From contig SUXS01000012.1 in NCBI GenBank assembly GCA_015060865.1, positions 41,313-105,312 on the forward strand: 64,000 nucleotides of DNA, read 5' to 3'. The position numbers and the translations under genes were made by a program. The notes under the pieces were generated by a model. The model had not been told where the DNA came from, did no database searches, and saw only the letters and a program-made list of their open reading frames with translations. The stretch comes from Bacteroidales bacterium (GTDB lineage Bacteria > Bacteroidota > Bacteroidia > Bacteroidales > Bacteroidaceae). Shown piece after piece: positions 1 to 8,717 of the stretch; positions within the stretch are counted from its first letter, which is position 1; each line of letters starts with the position of its first letter.

Positions 1-2667
1 GTCCTTACCTGTCAGTGGGTGTTGGCCCAAACGGCAGGTGAGGATGCTATCTATACAGGCCTTCAACAGTATGTCTGCAATATCGCGGACTTCAGCCGCA
101 AGCATCCTCAGGAGAAGGTTTATCTCCACATGGACAACCGCAGCTACTACATCGGCGACACCATCTGGTTCAAGGCATATGTGATGGATGCGGCTACCTT
201 GCATCCCACTCAGACGAGTGGGGTGCTCTATGTGGAGTTGCTCAATGAGAATGGAGTAGAGATGGAGCACAAGAAGATGCACCTGAGACACGGGATGTGC
301 CACGGGGATTTCATCTTGAAGGAGGCGTATCGTACCGGTTATTACGAGATACGTGCCTACACACGCAATATGCTGAATTGGGGCAATGTGTATGGATCAA
401 ACGAGTCCTTCTCGCTTTCCATGCTGAGTGCCGAAGAGCGTGAAGAGAATAGCCATCTATATAATTTCCAAGCGAATGATTTAATCCCTCCCTATAATTA
501 TTGCGTCTTCTCACGAGTTTTTCCTGTATTTATGAAGCCATACAAGAAAGGGGAATTCAAGGAAGAAATGGATTTTTATCCTTTTCATACAAGCTTGGCC
601 TTCCCAAAGGAGACCCATTATGAGTTTCGTGAGCAAAACGTCCGATTATCATTCTTTCCGGAGGGTGGTTCGCTGGTTGAGGGAGTCCCTTCAATCGTCG
701 CTTTTGAAGCTACAGACCAGTGGGGGCGTAAGATTGAGATAGAAGGTTATCTCACCCAAGGTCGCAAGAACAAAATGCTGGAATTCGCGACTTCTGGTCG
801 TGGTAGAGGATTTTTCAGCCTGTGCCCTAAAAAAGGAGTAAAATATTATGCGCATTTAGAATATAAAGGACGAAAGTACCAGTTCCTTTTGCCAGAGGCT
901 ATGCCTCAAGGGTATGTGCTCACTGTGCACCCTCCAGTAGGAAGAGATAATGCGGAATTTCGTGTGTCAAGCGCCCAAGTAGCAAAGCCTGATACAGCCA
1001 CATTAGGTTGGACTCTCCTTTGCCGTGGTGGATTATTGGCATTCGACACACTGGAGATTGTTTCTGGGAGTCATGTTGATGTTGACATCCCGTCATCCCG
1101 CCTTCGCTCGGGTGTCCACCAGTTGACGCTCTTTAATAGTCGCGGAGAGGTTCTGGCCGATAGGCTTTTCTTTGTCTGCCCACCTCGGGAACAAGCGACC
1201 CTGGGTCTTGCGGAACTTCCTGACACGGTGGCCCCTTATGAGCGGATACAGTTGGATTTCCAAGCAAACGGCCCGAGTGGCTATTTCACCCAGGGTTGCT
1301 TCTCATTGGCTGTAACAGATGATGACGAACGCGGTGGTCCCTCCTTTGATACACGTGACATACGCAGTGAGTTGCTGCTCTCGTCCGACCTGAAAGGGTT
1401 TATAGAAGATGTGGACTCCTATTTCCGCCATACCACAGAGCAGGAGATGGTAAGCGATATAGATATGCTCATGCTCGTGCAGGGGTGGCGACGTTACGAA
1501 TGGCAGGCAATGAGTGTCTCCTTACCCCCACGCTATACACCAGAAAAAGGGCTGTTGCTTGACGGATATGTCATTTCAGATATAGTGGTGAATAAGTCGT
1601 ACCGCAATCCTGACAACTACCAACATATTCCTAACCTGCAGATGGACATATCAATCATCTCTCCCGAGGTTTCCCTGACCGATACCTGTTCCGTAGATTC
1701 ACTTGGGAGGTTCCGTTTTGAAATTGACCGTTACTTTACGGGAGAGGCCCTCATGACATTGGTTCTGAAAGAGAGAAACCGTTCTGCCAAGAAATGGTTC
1801 CAGCGGATTATACCTTCTGACCTTAGCCTAAAGTTTAGCTATCCCGTCATTGACCGGGTCTATTCACCACTGCCGTGTCAATACTCCCATTATGAGTTCA
1901 ATACTCCTGAGGGGGAATATTTGTATCAGATAGATATGCCGTTGGATTGGGATGTGGGGGCAACCCTGGATGAGGTCAGCGTTAAAAAACGGTTCAAACG
2001 TAAAAGTGAGATTTATTACGAGAATCCCGAGATGGTAATCGATTATTATAAAGAGTGGAACCATGTCATTGACAGAGGCTGCCCGTTGATGAACTATGAA
2101 AGTAGTTTCAATGAAGACAATTCCATATTATTGAACTATCACCTGGGGAGATTCCGATTAAATGATTCATCAGCAGCGTTGAGGAAGCATGACTCGTTGT
2201 TCATTCGCTATGTAGATCGGTATTACAAACCTTATCACATGCCCGATACAGTAAGGGTATATACCAATTTATGTACACGCAATCGGTTGAAGGTTTGGCA
2301 ATTGGATTCACAAACAGACCATCGTGATCTGGTACGCTGTGTTTTCAGTTATTTTAAGCGTTCAGAAAGTCCACGCCGCGCACCTTATATGCCTAAGCAT
2401 GGCACCCGCCATACCTACTACGAGGGGTATAGCCGTGTGCGCGAGTTCTATAGCCCTGACTATTCCGAGTATGCCCTTCCCGATTCTACAGACTATCGCC
2501 GTACCCTCTACTGGGACCCCGACGTGTGGACCGACCACCTGGGCCGCGCCTCGGTGACCTTCCACAACAATGCCCGTACCAAACGCTTGCATGTACGGGC
2601 CGAAGGGTTCACACGTAATGGAGATCTCATTGTGCTGGACAGCGAAAGAATGAATCCTGAGCAATGA
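1..2667 (+). CDS. large MG2/alpha-2-macroglobulin-like protein, 5' end probably outside the window
   Basis: 882-aa ORF whose frame stays open to base 1. Segments YLHMDNRSYYIGDTIWFKAYV and FFPEGGSLVEGVPS resemble MG2-type beta-sandwich repeats of Bacteroidetes A2M-like proteins. Confidence 0.6.
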   Translation, partial: VLTCQWVLAQTAGEDAIYTGLQQYVCNIADFSRKHPQEKVYLHMDNRSYYIGDTIWFKAYVMDAATLHPTQTSGVLYVELLNENGVEMEHKKMHLRHGMCHGDFILKEAYRTGYYEIRAYTRNMLNWGNVYGSNESFSLSMLSAEEREENSHLYNFQANDLIPPYNYCVFSRVFPVFMKPYKKGEFKEEMDFYPFHTSLAFPKETHYEFREQNVRLSFFPEGGSLVEGVPSIVAFEATDQWGRKIEIEGYLTQGRKNKMLEFATSGRGRGFFSLCPKKGVKYYAHLEYKGRKYQFLLPEAMPQGYVLTVHPPVGRDNAEFRVSSAQVAKPDTATLGWTLLCRGGLLAFDTLEIVSGSHVDVDIPSSRLRSGVHQLTLFNSRGEVLADRLFFVCPPREQATLGLAELPDTVAPYERIQLDFQANGPSGYFTQGCFSLAVTDDDERGGPSFDTRDIRSELLLSSDLKGFIEDVDSYFRHTTEQEMVSDIDMLMLVQGWRRYEWQAMSVSLPPRYTPEKGLLLDGYVISDIVVNKSYRNPDNYQHIPNLQMDISIISPEVSLTDTCSVDSLGRFRFEIDRYFTGEALMTLVLKERNRSAKKWFQRIIPSDLSLKFSYPVIDRVYSPLPCQYSHYEFNTPEGEYLYQIDMPLDWDVGATLDEVSVKKRFKRKSEIYYENPEMVIDYYKEWNHVIDRGCPLMNYESSFNEDNSILLNYHLGRFRLNDSSAALRKHDSLFIRYVDRYYKPYHMPDTVRVYTNLCTRNRLKVWQLDSQTDHRDLVRCVFSYFKRSESPRRAPYMPKHGTRHTYYEGYSRVREFYSPDYSEYALPDSTDYRRTLYWDPDVWTDHLGRASVTFHNNARTKRLHVRAEGFTRNGDLIVLDSERMNPEQ

Positions 2668-3021
2668 ATAAAAGTTGTTGATGAACTATATGTTATCTTA
2701 TGAATCGTGTATCGTGTTGCGCGATTAGGCCATTCTCTATTGGCGAAAGTTCATAAATCGGTTGGCAATGGCAGAGCTTTCTTAAAGTGAAACTTTATAT
2801 TGGCAGGGCCATGATGTCTACGTGTATACCCTGTATGCTTTTTCTATATTCCTATGTGCAGATGGTTTGTTGTTTGGAACTCCCTCCTGAGACGACTTTG
2901 GGAAACTAAAGTTTCCGTCGTCGCAAGCAACGCTCATCTCGCGTTGCCCCTCTATAAACAGAGGGACAGTTAGTTGGACGTTTTCATTAAGATATTTTTA
3001 TAATGCGTTTTCCCTGCGTCA

Positions 3022-3093
3022 CCGCGGTGAAACTATGTTGTCTCCGCGGTGAAAAGTGCTTTTCTCCGCGGAGATAATAAAACGCCACCGCGG
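3022..3093. repeat. array of four CCGCGG-centred palindromes with exact 22-bp phasing
   Basis: CCGCGG cores at 3022, 3044, 3066 and 3088 (tcaCCGCGGtga, tctCCGCGGtga, tctCCGCGGaga, ccaCCGCGGtgg). Confidence 0.8.
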
Positions 3094-3183
3094 TGGCGTG
3101 TGATTATCTATTTGTTCTCAGGGCTGACGCACTGGAAATATCTACAAAGATTATCATTTACTATCATAGAATCAGTTGTTTAT

Positions 3184-3233
3184 CCACGCGAATCTCGCAA
3201 ATCTCGCAGACCGACGCTAATGCTCCTCGTCGG
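3184..3233. repeat. solo 9-mer-repeat arm (CCACGCGAA TCTCGCAAA TCTCGCAGA) plus short hairpin, related to the 40-41 kb palindromic elements
   Basis: Direct match of the TCNCGCGAA x3 pattern to the left arms at 40273, 40672 and 41280. No inverted partner nearby. Followed by hairpin ccgacg..cgtcgg. Confidence 0.6.
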
Positions 3234-3599
3234 CCTCCTAACCTAAGAGGAGAATTTAATGGATGTGGACAACATCAATATTATTGCTAAAATAATTTTT
3301 CTTTCGTTATGGGTATTCCGAATTTTATATTTACCTTTGCGTCATGTGGAGTGCGCTCCACAGATTTTTGATTTGTTGGTAGAAGCGTAGTGCTCTCTTG
3401 TTAATTGGAAACCTAGGAAATTTTCAATAGAACAAACAAGGAAGGCGTGGCGGTTCTGCGCGTATATCGCGTGGGCTGTTATTGTTACATCTGTTCGCAA
3501 AGGTTTTCCTAGGACCTCCAATTAAGGCGTGGCATATCAGCTCCACGCTTCTTTATTGTAAATGCTCTTTGGGAGTTGGAGGGCACAATGATTTTTACA

Positions 3600-4595
3600 A
3601 TGAAAAAATATTTATGGATGACGGTTTTCACCGTATTGATGTGCGTAGGCTTTACTGCTTGTAGTGAGGAGGATAAGGAGCCTACAAATCCATTGGTAGG
3701 GATGTGGGAGACAGACCGAAAGACGGGGAACATATATATTGATGACGTATATATTTATACCTTCAAGTCCGACGGTACCTATACGTGGAATGTTGGTGTC
3801 TATTGGAACGGGGGAGGGTATTATTCGTATGAAGATTCCTACTTGACATTGTCTGAGGCTGGGGGGAGCACTTCAGTGTGGGCCATTATGGCTTTAGAAA
3901 AAAAATATTTTGTCGTAGTGACCCAGTCGGGCTCCACGTACACCTTCTATAAGAGTGACGAGGATGGGGCGAAGGCAGAAAAGATGGATGTTTCGGGCAC
4001 TGTGCAGAATCATGAATACGTCGACCTTGGCCTTTCCGTGAAATGGGCAACATGCAATGTGGGTGCCTCACTTCCCGAAGAGGAGGGCGATTATTATGCC
4101 TGGGGAGAGACATCTACCAAGAAAGACTATAGTTGGAACACCTATAAGTGGTCTAAGAATGGTGATTCTGAATTCACCAAATATTGTTCTCAGAGCATCT
4201 ATGGCTATAATGGAGGATTTGCGGATAACTTGACTACGCTTGAACCAACCGATGATGTGGCTACTGCCAAATGGGGGAATAAATGGCGTATGCCGACTAT
4301 GGAGGAAATGAAAGAGCTATGTGAAAGATGTACTTGGGACTGGGTAAAGCGTAATGGTTATTATGGGTGGAAAATGACTGGACCCAATGGGAAATCAATC
4401 TTTCTCCCCCTTGCGGGCTACCGCTACGGCACGGAGGTCTACGGCCGTGGCGAAGAAGGCTGCTATTGGTCTGGCGAGCTGTTCGGGTACCAAAACTCCG
4501 GTGCGTACTACCTCTACTTCGGTCGCGGCTACTTCGACTGGGACAACTGCCATAGCCGCTGCCACGGTCTTACCGTTCGCCCCGTCACAGAATAG
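3600..4595 (+). CDS. lipoprotein with C-terminal FISH-type (Fibrobacter succinogenes major paralogous, TIGR02145-like) domain
   Basis: ATG at 3600 gives MKKYLWMTVFTVLMCVGFTAC lipobox. C-terminal pattern VDLGLSVKWATCNVGA..YYAWGE..KWRMPTMEEMKEL..FLPLAGYRYG..YWS. Confidence 0.7.
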   Translation: MKKYLWMTVFTVLMCVGFTACSEEDKEPTNPLVGMWETDRKTGNIYIDDVYIYTFKSDGTYTWNVGVYWNGGGYYSYEDSYLTLSEAGGSTSVWAIMALEKKYFVVVTQSGSTYTFYKSDEDGAKAEKMDVSGTVQNHEYVDLGLSVKWATCNVGASLPEEEGDYYAWGETSTKKDYSWNTYKWSKNGDSEFTKYCSQSIYGYNGGFADNLTTLEPTDDVATAKWGNKWRMPTMEEMKELCERCTWDWVKRNGYYGWKMTGPNGKSIFLPLAGYRYGTEVYGRGEEGCYWSGELFGYQNSGAYYLYFGRGYFDWDNCHSRCHGLTVRPVTE

Positions 4596-4634
4596 AAAGG
4601 ATCGAAGCGACGTATTCGTCAATTTGATTTATTT

Positions 4635-4668
4635 CCGTGGGGCATAATGTGTGCCCCACGGATTTTTT
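4635..4668 (+). terminator. intrinsic terminator of the FISH-domain lipoprotein gene
   Basis: ccgtggggca-taatg-tgccccacgg followed by atttttt. Confidence 0.75.
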
Positions 4669-4750
4669 CCGTGAAGCGGGCCGAAAAGGAGAACATACAG
4701 TGTGGTGTCATCCTTACGTAGGGGAGGATCCCGCGCTGGGACTTGCACGA

Positions 4751-4790
4751 GCTTTGCGAGATTTTTCGCTGCGCTCAGAATGGCACGAGA
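4751..4790. repeat. copy of the CATTyyGAGC..AGCGA.AAATCTCGCAAA motif also present in the parB-parA spacer
   Basis: The reverse complement of 4751-4790 reads gccattctgagcgcagcgaaaaatctcgcaaag. Compare tcatttcgagcaaagcgagaaatctcgcaaac at 49482-49513. Confidence 0.5.
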
Positions 4791-4854
4791 CGTTTAGGAC
4801 ACCTACGATGGCATGACGTATCTTTATATCGCCCCACGCTTATTGTAGCCAACA

Positions 4855-4884
4855 AGAAAGCCCAAGATGACTCTTGGGCTTTCT
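4855..4884 (-). terminator. hairpin downstream of tRNA-Met
   Basis: agaaagcccaaga-tgac-tcttgggctttct immediately 3' of the tRNA on the minus strand. Weak U-tract. Confidence 0.45.
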
Positions 4885-4888
4885 GTAG

Positions 4889-4960
<72 letters not shown>

Positions 4961-5072
4961 ATGTTTTTATTTTGATGGTGCAAAGGTAGTGCTTTTTTTT
5001 TAGACTGCAAATATTTTTGCGGTATTTTTCTTTTTTTGATCTGTCTTTTCTCTTTTGCAAGATAAAATTTAG

Positions 5073-5080
5073 TACTTTTG
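5073..5080 (+). promoter_or_regulatory. -7 box (TActTTTG) of the TetR gene, nearly leaderless
   Basis: Matches the Bacteroidetes TAnnTTTG consensus, 8 nt before the ATG at 5089. Confidence 0.5.
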
Positions 5081-5088
5081 CAATTGAT

Positions 5089-5682
5089 ATGAGCATAACG
5101 ATAAGTAAAACGACGAATATCTTGATAGAGGCAGCACGTGTGTTGTTTATCCGTAATGGCTATGACCATACGACGATGACTGATATTGCCCGTGAGGCCA
5201 AAAAGGGGCGTCGGACGCTTTATGTGCATTTCCCGAGCAAGGAGGTGCTGTTCCGTCGGGTGATAGAGATGGAGCTGAATAAGATTCTTGATGTGTTGCG
5301 GGCTATTGTTGATAAGGATATTCCGGCCGACAAAAAGATAATGGAGTTTGTCATCAGCAGACTTAATAATGTGCGCCATACCATCTTTCGCAATGGCTCG
5401 CTTCGTGCTGATTTTACCCGTTTCTATCTGACCATTGACAGCATTCGCCGTAAATATGACAAGTTTGAGATAAATCTTATTCGAAGTATTCTCATTGAGG
5501 GGCGTGAGCAGGGAATCTTTCATTTTGACAATCCAGACGTAATGGCTGCCATCATACATTATAGTATCAAGGGGCTGGAATCACCCTATGTGCGTGGCTT
5601 GGTTGCCGGTAATGTTGAGGTGCGTATATTGGAACGGCATGCCCGCCAAGTCATATTGCGTGGGCTGGGTATGAATATATAA
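5089..5682 (+). CDS. TetR/AcrR family transcriptional regulator
   Basis: N-terminal HTH ILIEAARVLFIRNGYDHTTMTDIAREAKKGRRTLYVHFPSKEVLF. Start moved to the ATG behind the -7 box. Confidence 0.85.
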   Translation: MSITISKTTNILIEAARVLFIRNGYDHTTMTDIAREAKKGRRTLYVHFPSKEVLFRRVIEMELNKILDVLRAIVDKDIPADKKIMEFVISRLNNVRHTIFRNGSLRADFTRFYLTIDSIRRKYDKFEINLIRSILIEGREQGIFHFDNPDVMAAIIHYSIKGLESPYVRGLVAGNVEVRILERHARQVILRGLGMNI

Positions 5683-5745
5683 TCCATGGCTGGTTGGCGT
5701 AGAGTACGTTTTCTGGGGGTGTTTCATTAAAAAAAGGTTGTGGCG

Positions 5746-6429
5746 ATGCAGGTTCTGTACGAGGACAATCATATTATTATAGTAAACAAGGCAGCTTCGG
5801 AAATTGTCCAGGGTGACAAGACGGGAGATATGCCTTTGTCTGAAATGGTAAAGGCTTATATTAAGGAGAAGTATAATAAGCCCGGTGCCGTGTTTCTTGG
5901 TGTGACTCATCGGCTTGATCGTCCGGTGAGTGGGGTAGTCGTTTTTGCTCGCACCAGCAAGGCTTTGCAACGATTGAATACGATGTTCCGTGAGGGGGGG
6001 CATATACAGAAGACTTATTGGGCCATCGTGAAGAATCGCCCTATGGCATCGGAGGCAGAACTTGTCCATTATTTAGTGCGCAATGAGCAGCAAAACAAGT
6101 CATATGCGTATTCTTCGGAGAGGGTGGGGGCCAAGCGCTCGGTACTCAGTTATCGCCTGCTGGGGAGTATGGAGAATTACCATTTGCTCGAAGTCGTATT
6201 GAAAACTGGCCGTCATCACCAGATACGTTGTCAGTTGGCCAAGATAGGCTCGCCTATCAAGGGGGACCTCAAGTATGGGGCTGAACGTTCCAATCCGGAC
6301 GGGAGCATTTGTCTGCATGCCCGCCGTATACGTTTTGAGCACCCTGTATCTAAAGTCATGATTGATGTGGTTGCTCCAGTGCCGGACGACCGTTTGTGGC
6401 ATAGTGCCGAAACTGTGGTGGCAGAATGA
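5746..6429 (+). CDS. RluA-family pseudouridine synthase
   Basis: Catalytic motif HRLDRPVSGVVVFARTSKA and C-terminal HQIRCQLA. Confidence 0.85.
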   Translation: MQVLYEDNHIIIVNKAASEIVQGDKTGDMPLSEMVKAYIKEKYNKPGAVFLGVTHRLDRPVSGVVVFARTSKALQRLNTMFREGGHIQKTYWAIVKNRPMASEAELVHYLVRNEQQNKSYAYSSERVGAKRSVLSYRLLGSMENYHLLEVVLKTGRHHQIRCQLAKIGSPIKGDLKYGAERSNPDGSICLHARRIRFEHPVSKVMIDVVAPVPDDRLWHSAETVVAE

Positions 6430-6460
6430 TGATTCTCCTTGTGTGGGGTAGGGGCTGGTG

Positions 6461-7711
6461 CTAAGAATACTCTCCTGGTGTTTTCTTGTAGTATAGGACG
6501 GAACAGTTCCTTTTCAGAAATACCTTATTGGCTACTTGCCTGACGTCGTGGCTTGTTATGGAGCAATAACGTGCCAGTTCTTCGTTGAGGTTGCTGTCCT
6601 GCCCGATAAGTTCCATTTGGGCGAGGTTGATGGCGCGGTTCAAGTAGTTGATATTGTTGAATGTACGTTCTGATTCTGAACGGTTGCGTACTTTGCTGAG
6701 TTCTTCGTCTGGTATAGATGTGCATTTCAGTACGCTCAATTCTTCCCATATGGCTTCCTCTGCCATTTCACAAGTGATGCCTTCGGCCAATCGGCCCATG
6801 ATGTAGAGCAGACCATTGTCAAGGCTGCCTTGTATATAGGCATCTATAGCAGTAAATATTTTAGTCTGATGCACCAAGTGTTGGATAAGTCGACTTGACT
6901 GCCCTGCGGCAAGGATATCAGTGATAAGGTCGCATACGTGATATCCTATATCTCTACGATTGGCCATATGGAAGGCCATCACCAGCATCTCTGACGGGAT
7001 GTCCCGGTATACGGTTTTTCGCCGTATGCGACTCTGTGCCGGTTCTGTTGCCCTCTCTTCCGTAACTTCGTCTCTCTTTTTCAGTATTGGCCCAAACCAC
7101 TTTTCACTAAGTGCCAGCACTTCATCGAAACCGATGTTGCCCACAACGGAAAGTATGGCATTGTCGGGGGTATAATGTCGGTTATAGAAGTCCATGATAT
7201 CGTTGAGTGTAGCCTGCTCAATATGCTCGGGGCAGATGCCTATTGTGGGCCAACGATAGGGGTGTACCTTGTATGCCATAGGCCGTATAAGGTGCTGTAT
7301 GTCACCATAGGGACGGTTGAGGTGGCGTTGCTTGAACTCCTCTATCACCACTCCTTTCTGCACCTCTACACTTTGTTCTGTAAGGGCGAGGCCGAGCATA
7401 CGGTCTGATTCTAACCAGAAGGCTGTCTCTATATTGCTTTTAGGTAGGGTGATGTAGTAATTGGTGAGGTCGTTGTTGGTCCAAGCGTTGTTCTCTCCTC
7501 CAGCGAATTGCACGTGGGCATCATAGTCGGGTATATTGACTGACCCCTCAAACATCAGATGCTCCATCAGATGTGCATATCCGGTGTGTTGAGGGTCTTC
7601 ATTGCGTGCCCCTACATTATACAGCAGATTTACAGCTACCATCTGAGTGGTTGTGTCTTCCTGATGTATGATACGTAGGCCGTTGGCGAGAACGTGGCGG
7701 TTTATGTTCAT
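6461..7711 (-). CDS. M16 (pitrilysin/insulinase) family peptidase
   Basis: HxxEH zinc motif (HLMEHLMFEGS). 416 aa. Confidence 0.85.
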   Translation of the reverse strand: MNINRHVLANGLRIIHQEDTTTQMVAVNLLYNVGARNEDPQHTGYAHLMEHLMFEGSVNIPDYDAHVQFAGGENNAWTNNDLTNYYITLPKSNIETAFWLESDRMLGLALTEQSVEVQKGVVIEEFKQRHLNRPYGDIQHLIRPMAYKVHPYRWPTIGICPEHIEQATLNDIMDFYNRHYTPDNAILSVVGNIGFDEVLALSEKWFGPILKKRDEVTEERATEPAQSRIRRKTVYRDIPSEMLVMAFHMANRRDIGYHVCDLITDILAAGQSSRLIQHLVHQTKIFTAIDAYIQGSLDNGLLYIMGRLAEGITCEMAEEAIWEELSVLKCTSIPDEELSKVRNRSESERTFNNINYLNRAINLAQMELIGQDSNLNEELARYCSITSHDVRQVANKVFLKRNCSVLYYKKTPGEYS

Positions 7712-8592
7712 TTTTCCGCAGGTTTTTCTATTTCTCTGACGCTTTTGATTATTACATCTTCGTATGGGCGTGCGTCTTTGTTTACTGCCCGATTCTCGAT
7801 TTTCATGACCACATCCATGCCGTCTATCACTTCGCCAAATACGGTGTAGTAGCCATCTAAGTCGGCAGCACCTCCGGTTGTCTTGTATAGGTTGCGTTGT
7901 TCCGCTGAATAGTGGAATTGCTTGCGCTTGGCCATCACTTTGTCAGTTTCTGCTGTGATGGCCTTTTTGATTTCGCGTATCTTGGGCATATGGCGTTTGG
8001 TGTCCTTGGCATATTCTTTCAGTTGCTTGCCGTATGGCTCTGTTTGTGTTATTGAGTCGAAAACTTCTTTTCTTAGGCGTTTGTTATAGGCGTCTTCTGC
8101 GTTGAATAGTTTCGTGTCAGAATATTTGAATCCGGTGACAATGTAAAAGTGTCCGCCAGATGATTTTTCCATCTTGTAATAGCTTGCCATGGCCAATGCT
8201 CCACGTTTATGGATGAACTTGTCCGGTTGTATCTCTTCAGGGATGGTATAGTCTACATCGTTGCCGCCCAGTGGAGTCTCCCGTGTGGCACCTTTTGATT
8301 TGGGGTCTCCGGCTTGTATGGCAAGTTTGTGCTGAATACGATAGAATAACTGGTTGTCGTAGTATCCTCTTCTGGCTAATTTCATGAAGTTGTGGCGATG
8401 CAAGGGCGTCTCGCGATATAATTTTAACGTGATGTTCCCTTCACTTGTTTCCATTAAGAGGTACTGGTCGGCGTCTACAATTATGGTGTCGGTATCTATG
8501 GACTCTGTGGTTGTAGACTCTTTGGGAGTGTTTTGGCAGGCTGTCAGTACGATGTGGCATAAGACAATCGCCATAAAAAGATGCTTCTTCAT
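7708..8592 (-). CDS. cyclophilin-type peptidyl-prolyl isomerase lipoprotein
   Basis: FYRIQHKLAIQAGDP and TVFGEVIDGMDVVMKIE. Lipobox MKKHLFMAIVLCHIVLTAC. 4-nt overlap with the downstream M16 gene. Confidence 0.85.
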   Translation of the reverse strand: MKKHLFMAIVLCHIVLTACQNTPKESTTTESIDTDTIIVDADQYLLMETSEGNITLKLYRETPLHRHNFMKLARRGYYDNQLFYRIQHKLAIQAGDPKSKGATRETPLGGNDVDYTIPEEIQPDKFIHKRGALAMASYYKMEKSSGGHFYIVTGFKYSDTKLFNAEDAYNKRLRKEVFDSITQTEPYGKQLKEYAKDTKRHMPKIREIKKAITAETDKVMAKRKQFHYSAEQRNLYKTTGGAADLDGYYTVFGEVIDGMDVVMKIENRAVNKDARPYEDVIIKSVREIEKPAEK

Positions 8593-8717
8593 ATTAGTTG
8601 TGTTAATGTGGTTTGTATTTGGCTTCAAATATACAAAAAATACCCCTATCGTAGGTTGGTATGTCCTGATTTTTTAGGTTGACTTTGCAAAATGTGCTGT
8701 TGTGGCAGTTTGTGTTT

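Noticed and set aside
3022-3093. Possible CRISPR array (also 40507-40586)
   Set aside because: The period is only 22 bp with no unique spacers, there are just four units, and there are no cas genes or leader. These are phased binding-site-like palindromes, not CRISPR repeats.
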